A stretch of DNA of 50,989 nt from a virus (Duplodnaviria > Caudoviricetes), in the IMG/VR virus record IMGVR_UViG_3300031910_001335, positions 1-50,989 of that record; one strand, 5' to 3'. The notes under the pieces are model-generated. The model had not been told where the DNA came from and searched no databases. It was given only the letters and a program-made list of their open reading frames with translations. This document shows, one piece after another, positions 46,142 to 50,989 of this stretch. The position numbers and the translations under genes are program-made. Position 1 is the first letter of the stretch. Each line of letters starts with the position of its first letter.

Positions 46142-46867
46142 GTGCCGGCGGCCAGGGCCAGCTGGTCACTGCCGCCGGACGTCGTCGGTCAGATCCTGGA
46201 GCGCGCTCGAGAGATGGGCGTGCTCCAGGAGCCCGACCCCGAGGAAGAGGGCGCGAGGCACGACGAGGCAGTGAAGTTGCTGCTGATGGCTGAGCACCTC
46301 CCATCGGACGACCGCGTCCCAGAGGCCGAAGCCCTGTTGCGGCTGGCCGAGGGCTTCCGCGGAGAGCCGGCTCCACCGCTCGACGACGAGCCGGCGGGCG
46401 ACGGAGCGGTGGCAGAGATGATGGCGAGGGAGCGTTTCCCGATCCCGCCCGCCATCGAGGGCGATCCGCCGGAGATGCCGCGAGACCTCACCAGCATCGG
46501 CGACCGCCAGTGCCGGCGGCTGCACAGCGAGTTCAACGCGTGGCTGGCGAGGGTGCAGTACCTCATCGGCGTGGAGAGGAGCGACCAGGCAGCGGCGGAC
46601 GCCCTGGCCGAGAGGCACACGTCGATGGCGTACAAGCAGCTCGACCGCACGGGAGGGGACGGCAAAGCCAAGCCCGCGACCGTGCTTCGAGCCGAGGCAG
46701 AGGCAGACGTCGAGGCGATGGAGTGGAAGAGGCGCGCAGCAGAGCACGGTAGCAAGCTCGTGATGCTGCAGGCCCTCCGCGAGATCTACGCCGGGAACGT
46801 CGAGCGGCTGAGCCGCGACTGGCGGATGAGGCGAGACGAGTTCGACATGTCTGGAGGTGGCAGGTGA
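46142..46867 (+). CDS. helical protein, possible recombination mediator
   Basis: long C-terminal helices ending ERLSRDWRMRR, in the recombination module. Confidence 0.5.
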   Translation: MPAARASWSLPPDVVGQILERAREMGVLQEPDPEEEGARHDEAVKLLLMAEHLPSDDRVPEAEALLRLAEGFRGEPAPPLDDEPAGDGAVAEMMARERFPIPPAIEGDPPEMPRDLTSIGDRQCRRLHSEFNAWLARVQYLIGVERSDQAAADALAERHTSMAYKQLDRTGGDGKAKPATVLRAEAEADVEAMEWKRRAAEHGSKLVMLQALREIYAGNVERLSRDWRMRRDEFDMSGGGR

Positions 46868-47088
46868 ACAACGAAGAGCTTCGACTGGCGAACGATGAAG
46901 ATCGCCGTATGGACGTCGAGTGGGCAGCGTACATGATGCTGCTGAAGTTCCACAAGGAGACGGACTGCGGAGACGAAGGGATGCACTGGCACGAGTGCGA
47001 CCAGCTCGTCACAGCTCTCGGCTTCTCGTCGTGGGAGGTATGGCACACGGTCGTCAGCGACCTCGGTCCGCTGGACGGTCGAAGATGA
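46864..47088 (+). CDS. hypothetical protein
   Basis: GGAGGTGG RBS; GTGA overlap. Confidence 0.6.
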   Translation: MNNEELRLANDEDRRMDVEWAAYMMLLKFHKETDCGDEGMHWHECDQLVTALGFSSWEVWHTVVSDLGPLDGRR

Positions 47089-47267
47089 AGAGCCGCGAGC
47101 AGATCGTTCTCGGGTTCATCGAGCTCAGAGCTGTCGTCGCGATCGCGATCATGCCGAAGAGGTTGCGGAGGTGCGTGGCCGACGCGCTTGCCGAGGAGAC
47201 GAGACGGCTGAACGCGGGCGAGGACTACCTGCCGCCGTGGGCGAAACCGAACGGGGGCAAGAAGTGA
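47085..47267 (+). CDS. hypothetical protein
   Basis: ATGA overlap. Confidence 0.5.
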   Translation: MKSREQIVLGFIELRAVVAIAIMPKRLRRCVADALAEETRRLNAGEDYLPPWAKPNGGKK

Positions 47268-47719
47268 TCACGATGGGGGTGGACCCGGCCAGCTACGTCA
47301 CCGGGCTCGCCGTGATCAACGACGGGTTCCTCGTGCACGCAGAGGCGTGGAGGCGAGACAGAAAGGCCGAGCTCGAGGAGAACCTCTTCAGCCTCTCGTC
47401 GCTGGTGAACAACGTCTGCCACGAGCACGACGTCGAACAGGTGTGCATCGAGCGCGTGTCCGTGTCGTACAGCATGAAGACCGTTCGCCTCATCGCGTAC
47501 TTCGAGGCAGCGGCAGCCATCGGCGCCTCGCTGTGTGGGATACCGTGTACCTGGATGACACCGTCCGAGGCACGCAAGCTGGCGACCGGGTTCGGCGGCA
47601 ACAAGGAGCAGGCGCTCGAGTGGGCGAAGCTCACGCTGAAGGGCCAGAGCGTCGACATGGTGGAAGACGAGCTCGAGGCGTTCGTGATGGCGAGGGCGCT
47701 GGAGGCGAGGCTCACGTGA
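47264..47719 (+). CDS. ruvC: RuvC-like Holliday junction resolvase
   Basis: MGVDPASYVTGLA, VCIER, TPSEARK..G.G.KEQ, DELEAFVMA. Confidence 0.85.
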   Translation: MITMGVDPASYVTGLAVINDGFLVHAEAWRRDRKAELEENLFSLSSLVNNVCHEHDVEQVCIERVSVSYSMKTVRLIAYFEAAAAIGASLCGIPCTWMTPSEARKLATGFGGNKEQALEWAKLTLKGQSVDMVEDELEAFVMARALEARLT

Positions 47720-48069
47720 GGGCGATCGTCGCATTGCTGCTCGCCACGGTCATCGCGACGCTGGGCATCCACGCCATGAGCTGGCACATCGTGCCGGTCC
47801 TCGCGGGCGTAATCGTCGCGTACTGCTTCGGTCTCATCTCCGGCGAGACCCGCGAGGCGAGGCGAAGCTTCGAGGAGATGAGGATGCAGCCGACCACGAT
47901 CCCGGCCGTGGGTGGGCCGATGGACGGCGTCGACATCCCGGTGCCGCCGTTCGCCCTCCACGCCGGCAGCCTCGGCGTGGTGGTGCACGACCACGAAGAG
48001 GGCACGTACCGCTACGACCCGATGATCGACCGGCTGGTGTGGGAGGAGTTCGATGAAGACCGAGCTTGA
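47716..48069 (+). CDS. membrane protein
   Basis: two N-terminal TM helices; VGGPMDG motif. Confidence 0.6.
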   Translation: MRAIVALLLATVIATLGIHAMSWHIVPVLAGVIVAYCFGLISGETREARRSFEEMRMQPTTIPAVGGPMDGVDIPVPPFALHAGSLGVVVHDHEEGTYRYDPMIDRLVWEEFDEDRA

Positions 48070-48253
48070 ACAGCGCTACGAGCTCGTGTCGATCTTCCTC
48101 CGCGTGCAGCTCGGAACGTGCCCCATGCTCAGCCGCACCGGCGAACTCTGCGGGCTCTGCCAGGAAGCGGTCGACGCGCTAGGCTTCGAGCAGCACGACA
48201 GGTTGTTCTCAGACCCGTACCTTCGCAGTGAAGACGCTCCTACCGTACAGTAG
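48053..48253 (+). CDS. small hypothetical protein
   Basis: GGAGGAG RBS; CP..CGLC. Confidence 0.55.
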   Translation: MKTELEQRYELVSIFLRVQLGTCPMLSRTGELCGLCQEAVDALGFEQHDRLFSDPYLRSEDAPTVQ

Positions 48254-48659
48254 CTTCGCGGGCACTGCGCGTTGCCTCGACGGGAAGCGTCTGCGGACAC
48301 AACGGACCGAGGGCTTGCGGCTGCTGAGGGTGCTGGTCGGTGCCGAGCCGGACGAGGGCTGGCCCGCCACGAGGATGTGGCGCGGACACGAGGCGCTGCT
48401 CTCGGCGTACTGCTTCGCCATCGGGATGGAGTGCCGCACCCGCGGCTACAGCGACAAGTCCGCAGACGAGGCCGTGATGCTGATCTCGCCGGAGGAGTTC
48501 GCCCGTACCGTGCTCAACCCGACCACGCCGCGGTGGCTCGGCGATGAGGCTCTTCACCGCTCGCACCGATCGTACCTCGTGAAGCAGGCTCCGGACGTGT
48601 ATCAGGCCATGTGGCCCGACGTCCCGCCAGACTTGCCATTCGTCTGGCCCCTGGCCTAA
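48228..48659 (+). CDS. MSMEG_6728-family / pyrimidine-dimer glycosylase-like protein
   Basis: MKTLLPY..LDGKRL..QR.E, MWRGHE, RGY.D, P.WLGDEALHRSHRS, PFVWP. Confidence 0.82.
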   Translation: MKTLLPYSSFAGTARCLDGKRLRTQRTEGLRLLRVLVGAEPDEGWPATRMWRGHEALLSAYCFAIGMECRTRGYSDKSADEAVMLISPEEFARTVLNPTTPRWLGDEALHRSHRSYLVKQAPDVYQAMWPDVPPDLPFVWPLA

Positions 48660-48675
48660 GCGCGAGGCTGCCCGT

Positions 48676-48709
48676 TAGACAACGGCCTGGGCCCTGTGGT
48701 ATAATGACA
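48676..48709 (+). promoter_or_regulatory. sigma-70-type promoter TAGACA-N18-TATAAT with TG extension and GACA
   Basis: TAGACA 48676-48681; TGGTATAATGACA 48697-48709. Confidence 0.8.
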
Positions 48710-48761
48710 CTGTCCGGTAGGGATGAGCCCGGCCGGATCAGAGACCCAGGAGGGGAAAGGA

Positions 48762-49958
48762 ATGGCCAAGCTACTCATTCGTGAGCCCAAGCGCGGACGT
48801 CGTCGTGCTTCGGCTCCGGTCTCGCTCGAGGTGGAGCGGCTCGCGAACAACGAGGTCGTGGAGGTCACGAACACGGCCAACGGCGAGAAGCTGTTCGAGC
48901 TCTCCATCGAACCGTACTCCCGCGAGGTGGTGCTCTCGGTGAACACCCGCGCCCACGTCAAGGTGAACGACGAGGGGAAGCAGCAGATGTTCGCTCCCCG
49001 CGTGGACGCCTCCACGGTGGCGGCCGCTGGCAAGGCCTCGTGGAAGGTGGAGGACGGCAAGCTCAAGGTCTGGTCGTCCAAGGGAACGGTCGTGGAGCTG
49101 GAGATCGCCCCGCAGCCCGGCCCGCTCACGCCGACCGAGGAGCCCCACGCTGTGTACGGCCAGCAGGACGTCGTGTTCGCGGTCGCCATGGCCCTGAAGC
49201 TCGGACGGCACTCGCTGCTCTCCGGTCCCACGGGCACGGCGAAGACCACGCTGTACCGCTGGTTCGCGTACCAGCTCAACTGGAACTTCGTGCTGATGCC
49301 GATCAGCCGAGGCACGGAGTCCGCTCACCTCGTGGGCGAGTACCTCCCGGTCGACGAGGCCGGGAAGTTCATGTGGACTGACATGCCGGTCACCGAGGCC
49401 GTGCGCGCCAGCCAGTCCCATCCGACGCTGCTCGTGTTCGACGAGCTCAACCGCATCGGCAACATCGCCGAGTTCGCACGGATCTACTCGCTGCTCGACG
49501 ACACGAAGGTGCTGGAGCTCAAGGAGAAGCGCGCCAACGGTGGCACCGCGGAGATGCTCCACGCGGGCGACCTCTACGTCGGCGCCACGAGCAACCCGTC
49601 GGACGACGAGGCCGCTGACTACATCGGCGTCACCGACCTCGACCCGGCGCTCTCGTCACGGTTCGGCATCCAGCCGCTCGTCGGCTACCCGGATCCCGAG
49701 CTCGAGGCGATGGCGCTTCGCCTCCGCGTCAAGGACCTCGAGGAGGACGACGCGAAGGAGATGGTGGCTGCGGCCACTCGCATCAGGCAGTCCGAGCAGG
49801 TGCGGTTCCCGATCAGCTTCCGCGAGCTGGAGGGGTGGGCTCTGGCCCTGCCGTACCTCGGCTGGAAGGAAGCGGCCGAGATCGCGGTCGTGAGCAAGGC
49901 GTCACGGATGTACCACGCGGACATCCGCAACCTCGTCAAGCTTCAGAAGGGAGCGTGA
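48762..49958 (+). CDS. MoxR/CbbQ/CobS-like AAA+ ATPase
   Basis: SGPTGTAKTT, LVFDELNR, ATSNP, LDPALSSRF, ISFREL. Confidence 0.88.
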   Translation: MAKLLIREPKRGRRRASAPVSLEVERLANNEVVEVTNTANGEKLFELSIEPYSREVVLSVNTRAHVKVNDEGKQQMFAPRVDASTVAAAGKASWKVEDGKLKVWSSKGTVVELEIAPQPGPLTPTEEPHAVYGQQDVVFAVAMALKLGRHSLLSGPTGTAKTTLYRWFAYQLNWNFVLMPISRGTESAHLVGEYLPVDEAGKFMWTDMPVTEAVRASQSHPTLLVFDELNRIGNIAEFARIYSLLDDTKVLELKEKRANGGTAEMLHAGDLYVGATSNPSDDEAADYIGVTDLDPALSSRFGIQPLVGYPDPELEAMALRLRVKDLEEDDAKEMVAAATRIRQSEQVRFPISFRELEGWALALPYLGWKEAAEIAVVSKASRMYHADIRNLVKLQKGA

Positions 49959-50989
49959 ACACGTTGAGGACCACGTCACCGATCGACCGGCTCCGCGACA
50001 ACCCCGAGTCGCCTCTCGCGATCCGGGACTTCCGGCGCATGGTCGCTCAGACCGCCTCGCTCGTGTCCACGGACGGCCCGATCCGCGAGGAGATGGCGGA
50101 GTCGTGGGTCGCCAACATGGAGACCCGCACGATTGGCTGGCGCACCACGCTCCCGTGGCCGCCGTCCGACGTGATCACGGAGGACGAGATGCTGGTGCTG
50201 GTGGCGCACGAGGCCGGGCACCTTCGCTTCTCGGGGCTGCACACGTTCGCCGACGGCATGACGAACGAGGACAAGGTCCGGTTCCACCGCTTCGTCAACG
50301 CCGTCGAGGACATCCGCATCGAGCGGATGCTCGGCAAGGAGTTCGGCGGCTTCTGGCACCGGGCGCAGGCCTTCGTGCAGAAGTGCTACGGGTTCCTCGC
50401 ACCGACGGCCGACGAGCTCCACGCGGTCGACCAGGTCGGGCTCACGTGGGTGCTGGTCGAGAAGGGCGCCAAGGGCATCGGCGATCCGCGCTGGATCGAG
50501 TGGGCCCGGGCGAACTGGGCGCGGGTCGACACGATGATCGCCAACGCCGACTCCACGTCGGACCTGGCGGACGCCGTGTACCCGGTCTACCTCGAGCTGA
50601 TGGACGAGGTCAACAAGCCGAAGGAGGAGGAGCAGAAGGACGACGAGCAGCAGGGCGACGCCGGCGACGAGCAGGAGCAGGACGACGACGGCGAGTCCGG
50701 CGACGGTTCCTCTTCGGCCTCGGGTGCAGGCGCACCCGGCGGCGAGTCCGGCGAGGCCGGCGAGCAGGGCGAGTCCAACGACGGCGAGTCCGGCGAGCAG
50801 GGCGAGTCCAACGACGGCGGAGCCGGGGACGAGTCCGGCGACATCGACGGCAAGGGCGCGACCGACACGCCCGTCCGCTCGGACGGCGAGGCCGGCACGG
50901 GCCCGATGTCCCCGGAGGAGCAGATGAAGGGAATGCGCGAGGACGCGGAGGGCGACGCCAAGGACGCGCTCGACACCGCCGTACAGGAG
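49955..50989 (+). CDS. CobT-like partner of the MoxR ATPase (HExxH domain + acidic linker; truncated by the window edge)
   Basis: GTGA overlap; VAHEAGHLRFS and NAVEDIRIE followed by a D/E/G-rich linker; no stop before the window end. Confidence 0.8.
   Translation, partial: MNTLRTTSPIDRLRDNPESPLAIRDFRRMVAQTASLVSTDGPIREEMAESWVANMETRTIGWRTTLPWPPSDVITEDEMLVLVAHEAGHLRFSGLHTFADGMTNEDKVRFHRFVNAVEDIRIERMLGKEFGGFWHRAQAFVQKCYGFLAPTADELHAVDQVGLTWVLVEKGAKGIGDPRWIEWARANWARVDTMIANADSTSDLADAVYPVYLELMDEVNKPKEEEQKDDEQQGDAGDEQEQDDDGESGDGSSSASGAGAPGGESGEAGEQGESNDGESGEQGESNDGGAGDESGDIDGKGATDTPVRSDGEAGTGPMSPEEQMKGMREDAEGDAKDALDTAVQE
50757..50819 (+). repeat. 33-bp-period coding tandem repeat in the acidic linker
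   Basis: CCGGCGAGCAGGGCGAGTCCAACGACGGCG occurs twice (GEQGESNDG). Confidence 0.7.

Overview
The window is a GC-rich segment of a large tailed dsDNA phage, probably with an actinobacterial-type host. No capsid, tail, integrase, rRNA, tRNA or CRISPR sequence is visible. The left part (1-21206, mostly minus strand) is a packaging/virion-associated arm. It holds TerS, TerL with an intein, a portal-MuF fusion, a ~1450-aa polyvalent effector, glycoside hydrolases, a GT2-TPR-GT4 glycosyltransferase, a methyltransferase and membrane proteins. A plus-strand early island (4869-8547) interrupts this arm. The right part (21325-end, plus strand) is a replication, recombination and nucleotide-metabolism arm: ligase, putative origin, SF2 helicase, DnaB, primase, SSB, dUTPase, MBD4-like glycosylase, a probable cytosine hypermodification cluster, DnaE, RecA, 5'-3' exonuclease, Cas4-like nuclease, RuvC and a MoxR/CobT pair. 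Four observations stand out. (1) The TerL intein carries a complete HNH endonuclease in an overlapping -1 frame instead of in-frame. (2) Two free-standing endonuclease genes each supply a new RBS to the next gene, and each next gene has a tiny reading-frame lesion near its start (CCG-TGA-CCG stop-hop signature; a 4-nt insertion in a P-loop), suggesting endonuclease plus micro-bypass cassettes. (3) A divergent thymidylate-synthase homolog, a UDP-sugar decarboxylase and a glycosyltransferase cluster together, pointing to pentosylated cytosine. (4) A repeated promoter motif TGnTAnnATGACA occurs, followed at several sites by 5' leader hairpins. All protein calls come from motif recognition by eye, not database searches.
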